This document shows positions 15,801 through 27,791 of a stretch of DNA of 27,959 nucleotides, piece after piece. Both the position numbers and the translations under genes were made by a program. The notes under the pieces were generated by a model. That model saw only the letters and a program-made list of their open reading frames with translations, was not told where the DNA came from and searched no databases. Each line of letters opens with the position of its first letter. Position 1 is the stretch's first letter. Where the stretch lies: NCBI GenBank assembly GCA_044352465.1, contig JBILDU010000035.1, positions 1-27,959 of the forward strand. The letters run 5' to 3'. The DNA comes from Bdellovibrionota bacterium (GTDB lineage Bacteria > Bdellovibrionota_C > UBA2361).

Positions 15801-18471
15801 GCAGTGGTTTGGTGGTCGGGATGATGATCGAATCGATGTCATCCCCGAGAAGCCAGCATATGAGGCGGGTGAGACAGCTCGATTTCAGGTGCGGACACCG
15901 TTTGATCAGGCGACTGCGCTTGTTACCGTCGAGCGAGAAGGTGTCATCGATGCATTCGTGCAGCCGCTCAACTCCCGCGACCCGATCGTGACGGTTCCGC
16001 TCAAATCTGGATATGCACCGAACGTATTCGTTTCAGTGCTCGTCGTCCGAGGACGGGTGGCGGGGGTTACCCCTACGGCCATGGTCGATCTGGGGCGCCC
16101 GGCGTTTAAGTTGGGTTTCGCAAAGATTGAGGTTGGTTGGAAACCCCACGAGGTCGCGGTAACGGTAACTCCGGACCGCGAGGTCTATAAGGTTCGGGAG
16201 AAAGCCCGGGTGACGATAAAGGCGGTCGCGGCGTTAGACGGTAAGCCGCTTCGTCATGGAGAGGTCGCTCTCGCAGCCGTCGATGAGGGGCTTCTTGAAT
16301 TGCAAGCAAACGACTCCTGGCTTCTGCTGAGGGCGATGATGGGTGCCCGGCCGCTCGATGTTTTCACTGCGACTGCGCAGATGTTTGTGGTCGGTCGGCG
16401 GCATTTCGGCCTCAAAGCGCGGCCCGAAGGCGGTGGCGGTGGGCGTGGGCTCACCCGTGAGTTGTTTGATGCACTACTCTACTGGAATCCCCGCGTGACA
16501 CTCGACGAAAAGGGTGAGGCTTCGGTTGAGGTTCCGCTCAACGATTCGCTGACCAGTTTTCGTATTGCGGCTGTCGTTACCGGAGGAGCGAGCTTGTTTG
16601 GGACAGGCACCGCGACGATTCGAGCAACCCAAGATCTAATCGTGATTCCCGGGTTCGCTCCGGTTGTTCGTCACGGGGATTCGATTGTGAGCTCCGTAGC
16701 TCTACGAAATACGACTGCTTCGCCGCTGTCGGTTGAACTCTCTCTCTCGGCGGATGATCCGCGAGTGAAAGTCGAACCGGAGAATCGTGTGATTGAGCCG
16801 GGGAGTTCCGCCGAGGTTCGGTGGAGACTGCCGATTCCCGAGGGAATTGAGACCTTAACTTATACCCTTGAGGCCCGTGTGGGGGGTAAAACGGTTGATC
16901 GTGTCACCCTGCCGCAGAGAGTTCTTGCTCCGGTGGTTGAGCGAGTCTACGGAGCGACCTTTCGCCAGGTGGCTCCGGTGGTTGAGGTTCCGGTGGCCCC
17001 GCCGCCGGGAGCGATGCCGGGGCGCGGCGGGCTGGTGGTTGGACTGGCCGCTCGGTTAGGGGATGGGCTCGCTGGAGTTAAGGAGGTGATGCAGCGCTAT
17101 CCTTATACTTGTCTCGAGCAACGGGTCTCGCAGGCAGTGGCGCTCGCTGATCCCCAGCTTTGGTCGACGACCATGGCGATTTTGCCGACGTATGTCGATG
17201 GCGAGGGGAATTTGAAGTTCTTCGTGACGGAGAATCAGGGGAGCCCGATTTTGACGGCATACGTGCTGAGCACGGCCGCGGCGAAAGGGTGGGAGATCCC
17301 AATGAACGAACGCCGGAAGATGATTGAGGCGCTGCGGAGATTGGTTGCGGGTAAAATAAGTTTTGCCGCAGCGACCCTTCAGCGTGCCGAAAGACTCAGC
17401 GCCCTTGAGGCGTTGACGCGGGCGGGCGAGGATGTTTCCGATCTGGTGCAAGACCTGGTCATCGATGCGACGATCTTGTCGACTTCAGAGCTCATCAACT
17501 GGTACGCGGTCTTGTCGCGGTCTGCGCAAGTGGGGACTCGCAACGAGCGACTGGAGCAGGTGCGTCAGGTGTTACGCGGGCGACTCAATCTGAGTGGAAC
17601 TGAACTCGGTTTTTCAACTGAAAAACTCGATCGCGAGTGGTGGTTGATGAGCTCGGTGGATCTGAATGCAGTGCGCCTTTTGGACGTCCTTATAGAGACG
17701 GGAGATTGGAAGTCGGACATTCCAAAGATCGCTCGGGGAGCGCTCGCACGTCAGCGTGACGGGGCGTGGGATCTGACGACGGCGAATGCGTGGGGCACCC
17801 TCGCTTTATCGCGATTCTCGGAGCGGTTTGAAAGTGCCTCGGTGTCGGGCGAGACCAAGCTTTCGCTTGGTGGCACAACGACCGCCGTGCGGTGGTCCGG
17901 AAATCGCCCACCAGCACCGGTGACGATACCGTGGACCGCAGAGGCGGGCACGCTAAAGCTTGAGCAGCGGGGGAACGGTAGTCCGTGGGCAACGGTGCAA
18001 AGCCGGGCGGCTATTCCTCTCCGTGAGCCGCTGTGGCGCGGATATACCGTGAGGAAAAGCTATGCTCCGGTGGTTCAACGGGTTCCAGGGCAATGGTCCG
18101 TTGGTGACATCGTGCGGGTAAAGCTCAGCCTCGATGCTCAAGCCGATCGGAATTGGGTCGTTATCGACGACCCGCTTCCACCCGGCGCGGTGGTAATCGG
18201 CGGGCAATCGCTCTCTCAAAGCTTGGTCGCTGATTCCGGTGCTCGTTCTCTGACGGAGGGGCGGGCGCTCTTGCCAACCTTTGAGGAGCGAACCTTTGAG
18301 GCTTATCGGGCCTATTTCGCGAACCTGGAGAAAGGAAGTGGTGAGCTTGAATATACGGTGCGACTGAACACGGCCGGTGAATTCGTGCTTCCCGAGGTAC
18401 GGGTTGAGGCGCTCTACTCGCCGGATATGTTTGGCGCGTTGCCGAATGAGCCTGTGAGCATCGCTCCGTGA
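12871..18471 (+). CDS. Bacterial alpha-2-macroglobulin family protein (YfhM/MG2 type)
   Basis: 1866 aa; N-terminal signal peptide; Ig-like N-terminal repeats; LAAVDEGLL, LNDSLTSFRI, thioester motif YPYTCLEQ, C-terminal VEALYSP; coupled to pbpC by a GTGA overlap. Confidence 0.95.
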   Translation: MKIPAIRLGRLVGAAACVLGSLAALGAPAYSDAPLTVTSFSPTGVVRDVRQVQVVFSQDVVPFADGRSAVEPFAVSCHESGQGRWIDARTWLYEFPADLPSGKRCRFTLNGELKALSGATPAGAATFTFSTGGPVIVAADPYHGSEIEEEPYFRLFLSGPVDVRSVEEKVSFINSGIESPIESEVVTGALADEIWAASGDTTPPEQRLIIKPKLRLAPNTKLKLVWGAGVRDPSGEVLDTEQVYEFSVRGPLTASVWCQRINPTAGCIPFLPVTLNFSAPISIESAGNVVLRAPSGQTWKASMEELQANEIISMDFAGPFPESTDLSVDFPSDLKDDIGRPLEMAKPLIARIDASPPLAKFHGSFGIIERGEQQLLPITVRNIEPALGVYLEKSGRPLPAALPAKMTRVSSAEEILELLGRVRQFERGRSIFEKTASTRLERLEVPRTSGGAPLEVVGIPLKAPGFYGVEVESPALGQGYLEGKSSYFVRTAALVTDLAVHLKVGAERSLVWVSRLHSGEPVADATVTVADCRGKARASGRTDARGVFLTETLPSSLAYEYCPPGQADFIALATHGDDLSFALSSWTDGIEMWRFDLPTGTWGDTFESAHTVLAQSLVRRGDTVKMKHLLRRRTGEGLKLPEGGQPTLARLTHQGSYEQFDIPLKWRGNGSAESQWAVPAGAKLGSYAISLVRTKKDGSIESLESGLLRVEDYRVPLMRGVVALPEQDIVRPTEVQLTAAVAYLSGGGAQKLPVTVRYKLTPQDSISFRGLDGYAFGTGVVETGRKKEIYEPSEAEGATEPLLTKTAVLDDAGTAAISLDGLTPLKGLGRLSAELEYKDVAGFVQTVKTAANVWPAETILGIKTGTWISKESVEVELLAVSPRGERRAGVPVSVELYRVQGYSHRKRIVGGVYSYDSYRDTNHAGTPCSGKTDETGLFRCTVRTGAAGEFLLEGRTTDVSGRLAATNTSLWITHSGRQWFGGRDDDRIDVIPEKPAYEAGETARFQVRTPFDQATALVTVEREGVIDAFVQPLNSRDPIVTVPLKSGYAPNVFVSVLVVRGRVAGVTPTAMVDLGRPAFKLGFAKIEVGWKPHEVAVTVTPDREVYKVREKARVTIKAVAALDGKPLRHGEVALAAVDEGLLELQANDSWLLLRAMMGARPLDVFTATAQMFVVGRRHFGLKARPEGGGGGRGLTRELFDALLYWNPRVTLDEKGEASVEVPLNDSLTSFRIAAVVTGGASLFGTGTATIRATQDLIVIPGFAPVVRHGDSIVSSVALRNTTASPLSVELSLSADDPRVKVEPENRVIEPGSSAEVRWRLPIPEGIETLTYTLEARVGGKTVDRVTLPQRVLAPVVERVYGATFRQVAPVVEVPVAPPPGAMPGRGGLVVGLAARLGDGLAGVKEVMQRYPYTCLEQRVSQAVALADPQLWSTTMAILPTYVDGEGNLKFFVTENQGSPILTAYVLSTAAAKGWEIPMNERRKMIEALRRLVAGKISFAAATLQRAERLSALEALTRAGEDVSDLVQDLVIDATILSTSELINWYAVLSRSAQVGTRNERLEQVRQVLRGRLNLSGTELGFSTEKLDREWWLMSSVDLNAVRLLDVLIETGDWKSDIPKIARGALARQRDGAWDLTTANAWGTLALSRFSERFESASVSGETKLSLGGTTTAVRWSGNRPPAPVTIPWTAEAGTLKLEQRGNGSPWATVQSRAAIPLREPLWRGYTVRKSYAPVVQRVPGQWSVGDIVRVKLSLDAQADRNWVVIDDPLPPGAVVIGGQSLSQSLVADSGARSLTEGRALLPTFEERTFEAYRAYFANLEKGSGELEYTVRLNTAGEFVLPEVRVEALYSPDMFGALPNEPVSIAP

Positions 18472-20669
18472 GAGGAGTTGCTCTTGCCCTGGGATTTGCC
18501 GCTGTTGTAACGCTGGCGGTGTGCTCCCGCACCTCCGTACCGTCTTTTAAGACGGTGCAAGCGAGCTACCGAAGTTCCGATCTTATCGTACGGGGCCGTG
18601 ATGGTTCGGTGATCCAAGAGGTTCGAGTTTCGAACGAGGTACGCCGGTTCCAATGGATATCTCTTTCGGCAATCCCAGTCTCTTTTCGGGAAGCCGTTGT
18701 GTTTGCCGAGGACCGTCGATTTTACGCGCACAGCGGAATCGATTGGCGTGCGCTCGCTCGGGCGATTCTTCGCGGGGGAAGGGGTGGCGCGAGCACCCTC
18801 ACGATGCAGTTAGGGGGGCTCCTCGAGCCCGCGCTGCGTCCGGTTGGAGGTGGGAAACGTTCGTATCTGCAGAAGATCAACCAGCTGCGCTTTGCGTGGT
18901 CACTGGAGAAGAGTTGGACGAAAGAGCAGATCCTTGAGGCATATCTGAATCTTGTCCCTTTTCGGGGAGAGGTCGAAGGGGTCTCGGGGGCGGCACGAGC
19001 GCTTCTTGGAAAAGAGGTTGGGGGAATCAGTCCCGATGAGGGCGTGGCGCTAGCCGTGCTGCTCCGCTCTCCCAATGCCGCGTCCTCCGCCATCGCTGAG
19101 CGCGCGTGTCGCCTCAAAGAGGCGTTGGTCCGTGAAGGTGATAGATCTTTTGCTTTGGCCGGATGCGAACGTCTCGGAGAGATCGCCGCCGTTATCGGCG
19201 CGGGAGGAGTCCCTCAGGCGCAGCTCCACCGGGTAGTGGCGGCCCCCCACGTTGGTCGGCTCATTGCTGAGAGAGCGGGGGAGGCGCGAGATGTTTTAAC
19301 GACCCTCGATCCGCCCCTTCAGCGCTTCGTCAGTGAGCAACTTCGGGCGCAACTCGCCGTGTTGGCCCCTTCCCACGTGGCCGACGGCGCAGCCCTTGTT
19401 GTAAGGAACGATACCGGTGAAGTCTTAGCGTACGTTGGAAACGGTGGCGCCGAGAGCTCCGCTCGATTCGTGGATGGGGTGAGAGCGAGACGCCAAGCAG
19501 GCTCTACCTTGAAGCCGTTCCTCTATGCCCTGGCGCTCGAGCGGAGGCTGCTTGCCGCGGATACTCTGCTCAACGATGCGCCGGTGGATATTCCCGTCGG
19601 AAACGGGGTGTACCGACCAAAAAATTACGACAATCTCTATCGCGGCCCCGTGTCCGTTCGGGTCGCTCTCGCCGCATCATTAAATATTCCCGCAGTGCTC
19701 ACTGTTCAGCGGGTTGGAGTGGGGGCGTTTGTTGAGTTTCTGGGCAAACTTGGTTTCGGGGCGCTTCAGTCGGCTGACCTGTATGGCCCCTCAGCCGCTC
19801 TGGGGTCACCGACCGTTAGTTTGTGGGAGCTTGTTTCGGCCTATCGCACGTTGGCCCACGGGGGATCGCGCGCGGATATCTTTTTTGACCCACGGATAGC
19901 GCCAGCACCAGCCGAAGCGCTGCTGTCGGCCGAGGTGGCGTATATCATCGGTGATATTCTCGCTGATAGGGGCAGTCGCAGCCCAACTTTTGGCCTTGAG
20001 AACGCTCTGGGAACCTCCTTTTGGAGCGCCGCGAAGACCGGCACCAGCAAGGATATGACCGATAACTGGTGCCTCGGCTTTACCCGTGACTACACCGTGG
20101 GCGTGTGGGTTGGAAATTTTTCCGGTGAGCCGATGCATAACGTCTCGGGGGTGACGGGAGCTGCGCCGTTGTGGGCGCGGATCCTCGATTTTTTGGCGCA
20201 GCGGCCCGGATTTAATCCGGCGGCCCCAGTGGTCCCCCCGGGGGTGACGGTCCGTGAAAGCGTGGCTGGTCAAGAGTTTTACCTGCCCGGGACCGAGTCT
20301 CGTGAGGTAGTCAGGGCGATTCGACCGGAGCAGCGGCCGGCCACGATCGTGAGACCTGTGGACGGATCGATTATCGCGATCGATCCTGATATTCCCGTCG
20401 AGGTACAGAAGATTCCTTTTGAGAGCAGCGGGGCCTTCTCCGATGCGAAGTGGGTGCTCAACGGTGAGGTGCTCGCGGATGTCTCTGGGCCGTATCTGTG
20501 GTCACCTGTCCCCGGTAAACACGTCCTGGAGCTCCGCCGGTACGAGGGTACTTCCCTGATGAAGGTCCAGTTTTTGGTCAAAGGAAGCGGCACACTCGAT
20601 GGTGGGACTGGCGCTCCTCCCGCCGATCCGTCCCAGCCTCTGACCGAAACGACACCTACGGTAGACTAA
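18468..20669 (+). CDS. pbpC: Penicillin-binding protein 1C
   Basis: Transglycosylase motifs EDRRFYAHSGID, GASTLTMQL, KEQILEAYLN; transpeptidase motifs STLK, SLN, KTG; C-terminal PBP1C-type domain; classic partner of alpha-2-macroglobulin. Confidence 0.94.
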   Translation: MRGVALALGFAAVVTLAVCSRTSVPSFKTVQASYRSSDLIVRGRDGSVIQEVRVSNEVRRFQWISLSAIPVSFREAVVFAEDRRFYAHSGIDWRALARAILRGGRGGASTLTMQLGGLLEPALRPVGGGKRSYLQKINQLRFAWSLEKSWTKEQILEAYLNLVPFRGEVEGVSGAARALLGKEVGGISPDEGVALAVLLRSPNAASSAIAERACRLKEALVREGDRSFALAGCERLGEIAAVIGAGGVPQAQLHRVVAAPHVGRLIAERAGEARDVLTTLDPPLQRFVSEQLRAQLAVLAPSHVADGAALVVRNDTGEVLAYVGNGGAESSARFVDGVRARRQAGSTLKPFLYALALERRLLAADTLLNDAPVDIPVGNGVYRPKNYDNLYRGPVSVRVALAASLNIPAVLTVQRVGVGAFVEFLGKLGFGALQSADLYGPSAALGSPTVSLWELVSAYRTLAHGGSRADIFFDPRIAPAPAEALLSAEVAYIIGDILADRGSRSPTFGLENALGTSFWSAAKTGTSKDMTDNWCLGFTRDYTVGVWVGNFSGEPMHNVSGVTGAAPLWARILDFLAQRPGFNPAAPVVPPGVTVRESVAGQEFYLPGTESREVVRAIRPEQRPATIVRPVDGSIIAIDPDIPVEVQKIPFESSGAFSDAKWVLNGEVLADVSGPYLWSPVPGKHVLELRRYEGTSLMKVQFLVKGSGTLDGGTGAPPADPSQPLTETTPTVD

Positions 20670-21483
20670 TTGCCGAATCGGTGGGGGATTTTTCGATGAG
20701 CTTTACTCGGACCGTGCCCTCTGCAACGCTCCGATTCTCGTTTAAAAATATCTTTATCGAATCGGCGCTCAAAATGCTGCCGTTTTGCTGAACCTCGGGA
20801 TTCTCCGTCAGTGTCACGGTATTCGTCTTGGCATCAAAGAAAGCTTTTTGAGCCGTCCCACGAATCTCCTCTTTGATAATGACGACATCTCTCCGCGCAT
20901 CGATCGTATCGATCTGGTTATTTGTATTATACCGTCCCTCGATCTCTCCACACGTCAGAGTCATGAGCCCTTGCTTCACCTCAACGTTGCCTGAGTAGAT
21001 AAACACCCGCTCGTCCGCGTTTAGTGTGAGAGTATCTGATTTGATGAAAGTCGGCTCCTTGGCGTTCGTTCCTTGTAGCCGCGAGAGAGCGTTGAGATCG
21101 GGAGACTTCGGAGCTGTCTCCGGTGGTTGCGGTTGAGTTTTCTTGGAAGCCTGTTTGGTTGCTGTCTTCGATGTGGGCTTTGAGGTTGACTTCTTTTTTG
21201 GCGGCGTCTTCTTGGACGACGGCTTCAGGGGCGCGGCTTTCACCTTCTTCGGACTGGGAGCTGGCGTCGGGGCGCCAAAAGCCGGAGGCGTCAGTAGGCC
21301 GCCCCAGGTGAGGATTAAAATGAAGATGATGAGAGGTCGAAGAGGCGCATTTTGAAAGGGTGGCGTGCTACCTTGAGGGCTTCCTAAGCTCGTTTTATCC
21401 GCGGACGATTTTGTCAAACGAGCTCCGAGTTTCATCAGAGGCAGGAGAGGGGATAGCTTATCAGAGGTGTCGCTTCTAGGCAT
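20656..21483 (-). CDS. lptA: LptA/OstA-family LPS transport periplasmic protein with extended N-terminus
   Basis: C-terminal jellyroll motifs (PTFIKSDTL, YSGNVEVKQG, VTLTENPEVQQNGSILSADSI); follows lptC with an ATGCCTAG overlap at 21483-21476. Start uncertain (21483 or 21435). Confidence 0.85.
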   Translation of the reverse strand: MPRSDTSDKLSPLLPLMKLGARLTKSSADKTSLGSPQGSTPPFQNAPLRPLIIFILILTWGGLLTPPAFGAPTPAPSPKKVKAAPLKPSSKKTPPKKKSTSKPTSKTATKQASKKTQPQPPETAPKSPDLNALSRLQGTNAKEPTFIKSDTLTLNADERVFIYSGNVEVKQGLMTLTCGEIEGRYNTNNQIDTIDARRDVVIIKEEIRGTAQKAFFDAKTNTVTLTENPEVQQNGSILSADSIKIFLNENRSVAEGTVRVKLIEKSPTDSAISLP

Positions 21484-22111
21484 TTTTGCCTCGTTCGAGA
21501 GCCCGTTTCTTGACTGTGCTTGAGACGTCCTTCGCAAGCCGGAACTCATTACGGTCGAGGTAGGCCGTCAGCTCTCGCCCAACGATATCGAGTTGTGCGC
21601 TTGTAATAGAGACCTTGCCGGGCGCAGTCACTAGGTTCTTTTCCTTATCGTAGACCGCGAGTTCGGTCTTTATCGTTACTTTTTCACTGTAAACAACCTC
21701 AACGCTCCCCGCAATCTCAGCCCGTGTCAGGCTGGTTCCCGAGAGGGCGATAGTCGCGGTGGCGGCACTCAATTCAATAACTTCACCGCTTGAGCGAAAG
21801 AAGAGAAGTCGAGGTGTCTCGAGCTGGGCGGTATTCGTCTCCGGAAAATACTGCCCCTTCACCGCCGAGACTTCCCAGACCTTTTTCCCGTCCTTCATCT
21901 CGCTCCGGTGAAAATTCTCAAGGATGAAGTTGGAGCTTTGACCAGGAGTCGGGTCACCCGGTGCGCCCGTTGGTTGCGCTGGCACGGTCGATGGTGTGGG
22001 TGTCGCCACGACTTGCGGCTTGGAAAGTCGCATATACGTTATGCCGCCGACAAAAAAGAGCGCTAAGGTTCCCAAGGCAACAGCGAGACTTTGGGCTTTG
22101 GTGAGATACAT
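21476..22111 (-). CDS. lptC: LPS export ABC transporter periplasmic protein LptC
   Basis: N-terminal TM (LAVALGTLALFFVGGITYM), GKKVWEVSA, TELAVYD, beta-rich; lies between kdsA and lptA. ATG 22111 is 2 nt after the kdsA stop. Confidence 0.87.
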   Translation of the reverse strand: MYLTKAQSLAVALGTLALFFVGGITYMRLSKPQVVATPTPSTVPAQPTGAPGDPTPGQSSNFILENFHRSEMKDGKKVWEVSAVKGQYFPETNTAQLETPRLLFFRSSGEVIELSAATATIALSGTSLTRAEIAGSVEVVYSEKVTIKTELAVYDKEKNLVTAPGKVSITSAQLDIVGRELTAYLDRNEFRLAKDVSSTVKKRALERGKNA

Positions 22112-22113
22112 CG

Positions 22114-22965
22114 TTACCTTTCGAGGGTCGCCATGCGAATCCGGCATGCGGATTCGACTAACCCTTTCATCTGCTCGAGTGGCATCATGCTCGCCCCATC
22201 TGATGGAGCTATCGTGGGATTGTCGTGACATTCGATGAAAAGCCCATCGATACCGGTCGCGACCGCTGCTCGCATGAGAGGAGGGATAAAGCCGCGGTTA
22301 CCACCGGAGGCTCCACCGGCTCCACCCATCGATTGAACGCTATGAGTCGCGTCGAAAATAACGGGGTAGCCGGTCTCCCGCATAATGACGAGGCTGCGCA
22401 TGTCGACCACGAGATCGCGGTATCCGAAACATGCCCCTCTTTCGCATAGCATGATCTTCTCATTTCCAGTTGACGCGATCTTGGCTGCAACGTGGGCCAT
22501 ATCGTGAGGATCGAGGAACTGCCCTTTTTTGACGTTGACCGCTTTTCCGGTTTGGCCAACCGCGAGAAGAAGGTCGGTCTGCCGACAGAGAAAAGCCGGA
22601 GTCTGGAGCACGTCGACGACCTCAGCAACATGCGCAGCTTGCTCGGGTGAGTGAATATCGGTGAGGACGGGGAGGCCGGTCCGCTTCTTCACTTCGGCTA
22701 AGATCTCGAGCCCAGCATCGAGACCGATGCCGCGCCTTCCGGCGATGCTCGTGCGGTTCGCTTTGTCGAACGAAGACTTAAAGACCAGATTCACCGGCAG
22801 ACCGCGCACGTATTTCTGCAAGGTGTCGGCGATCATCAAGCAGTGCTCGAGCGACTCAATTTGGCAGGGGCCCGCGATGAGGAGAAGATCGTGATGTTGG
22901 CCGACCATAAGTGAGGGCGTCAGCGCGAACGAACGTGGGGAGATGACGGAGGCAGCGGTTTCCAT
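22114..22965 (-). CDS. kdsA: 3-deoxy-8-phosphooctulonate (KDO8P) synthase
   Basis: IAGPCQIES, FKSSFDKANRTS, PAFLCRQTDLL, VKKGQFL, DATHSVQ, SDG. ATG 22965 is preceded by AGGA (283 aa). Confidence 0.97.
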   Translation of the reverse strand: METAASVISPRSFALTPSLMVGQHHDLLLIAGPCQIESLEHCLMIADTLQKYVRGLPVNLVFKSSFDKANRTSIAGRRGIGLDAGLEILAEVKKRTGLPVLTDIHSPEQAAHVAEVVDVLQTPAFLCRQTDLLLAVGQTGKAVNVKKGQFLDPHDMAHVAAKIASTGNEKIMLCERGACFGYRDLVVDMRSLVIMRETGYPVIFDATHSVQSMGGAGGASGGNRGFIPPLMRAAVATGIDGLFIECHDNPTIAPSDGASMMPLEQMKGLVESACRIRMATLER

Positions 22966-23216
22966 AACGTTCCTAACGGTACAGGAAGGCCCCAGGATTA
23001 TCAAGAAAAGGGGGGTTTTAGCCCTTTTCCCGTGATTTTTTGCCGTAGAATTCCTCGTGGTTGGGCGCTTCTCCGTTGGAGTTCCTTGCGCCCCCCAAAC
23101 CTCGGGCAGGTGAAGAGACTTCTGTAAAGGGGCCTGAGCGCCAAGCGGCCACGACCCCATCCACCGGCGGCACGGTTCTGATCGATTTCGTGGCGAGTCT
23201 GTGCCACAATCACCGA

Positions 23217-24586
23217 GTGACAACTGGGCCAGCTAAAAATCTGCGGAATTCACCCCGCAACGACCCCCGCTCGTGGGCGGTGGAAATCTTGGTGCGAATC
23301 GAAGATCAGGGTGCGTTCCTCTCCCATGAGTTAACGGCGGCCCTGACCGAGAGCCGTCTCGACGAGCATCAGAGGAATCTCCTCCAAAAGCTCGTGAAGG
23401 GCGTCGTTGAGAATCGCTCCTACCTCGATGCGGTTTTAGCACCGTATCTCGTCAAAGGAATCGATTCTCTCCCTCGAAAGGTTCGAGAGGTATTACGGCT
23501 CGGTGCGTATCAGATCCTTTTTCTCGATCGAATTCATGCGGGTACCGCGGTCAATGCGGCGGTAGAGATGGCGAAAGCCGTTTCCGGGCAGAAGTTGGGC
23601 AACGTGGTAAACGCAGTGCTGCGTCGCCTGCTGCGGGAAGGGGCGCCGCCACCACAACCGGAGGCTGATCCGATAAAACGAATCGCCCGCGATCTGAGTC
23701 ACCCTGAGTGGCTGGTGGCCCATTGGATGACGCAACTAGGTGAATCCGAGACGGCTGAGCTTTGCCGGTGGAACAACTCGCCGTGGCCTCTTTTTATTCG
23801 GGTAAATACTCTGCGCATCGGCGCGGCCGCGTGCCAACGAGTGCTTGAGGCTGAGGGCCTCGTCATCAGCCCCGGTCGCTTTAGTGACGATATTTTAATC
23901 GTGGAGAGATTTCCGGCTGGCAGGAAGCTCGATACGCTCGAGAGTTTTCGGCAGGGGCTCTTCGTCGTCCACGATGAGAGTTCAGCGACGATAGCCCGTC
24001 TCTTGGCACCCCGCGCCGGAGAGATCGTCCTCGATGTTTGTGCGGCGCCGGGGGGGAAGACCGGCCAGATCGCTGCACTGATGGGGAATGCGGGGCGGAT
24101 CCTCGCCTTCGACCGTTCAGCCCTTCGTTTAAAACTCGTTGATGAAATGTGTCAGCGGCTCGGCATCACGATAGTCGAGACGCGGGTCGGCTCGGGGGAG
24201 GTTCTCGATGCTGGTGTCGAAGCGGATCGAGTCCTCGTCGATGCGCCGTGCTCAGGGCTCGGTGTGGTAGGGCGTCGTCCCGATATCCGCTGGCACCGTA
24301 AGCCTGAGAAGTTGAGCGAGTTTCATCTTCTGCAGCTTGCGATACTGACAGGCGCTGCGAAGAACGTTCGCAGTGGAGGGCGCTTGGTGTACAGCACTTG
24401 CACGACGGCGCGCGAAGAGAACGAAGCGACGGTCGCGGCGTTCTTGGAGGGGCATTCACATTTTCGCTTGGTACCACTGCCTGAGTGGGTACCGGCCTCG
24501 GTGCGAACCCCGGAAGGTTTTTTGCGAACGTGGCCCCACCGCCACCGCATGGGCGGTGCCTTTGGGGCTCTTATGGAGCGTTGCGA

Positions 24587-24590
<4 letters not shown>
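23217..24590 (+). CDS. rsmB: 16S rRNA (cytosine(967)-C5)-methyltransferase RsmB/Sun
   Basis: N-terminal NusB-like domain (LRLGAYQILFLDRI, VNAVLR), SHPEWLV, DVCAAPGGKT, DAPCSGLG, YSTCT, EENE. Start placed at GTG 23217. Confidence 0.94.
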
Positions 24591-27588
<2,998 letters not shown>

Positions 27589-27791
27589 TTAACGTCGGCG
27601 GCGCCCCGTTGGGCCCTGCCAGCCCCCCCTTTGTCGCCTCAAAACGAGTGATCAATACCTTATCTCCGCTCTCCAGAGTTGGTGACTTCGGCGGTGTCAA
27701 TTCCGGAGCTAGGGCAATCGCCCGCCACCGTCGCGGTGGTTCGCGGATATCGTGGATTGGGAGCGGTGGTTGCGTGTCTCGCCGGCGGTCG

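Noticed and set aside
1466..20669. Prophage, ICE or anti-phage defence island
   Set aside because: No integrase, transposase, phage, conjugation, nuclease or toxin genes and no flanking direct repeats were seen.
23191..23204. Sigma-54-like TGGCGAGTCTGTGC before rsmB
   Set aside because: GG-N9-GC spacing is one base short.
22966..23223. Overlapping N-terminal extensions of kdsA and rsmB in the ORF track
   Set aside because: Family homology starts at 22965 and about 23217; this is a divergent promoter region.
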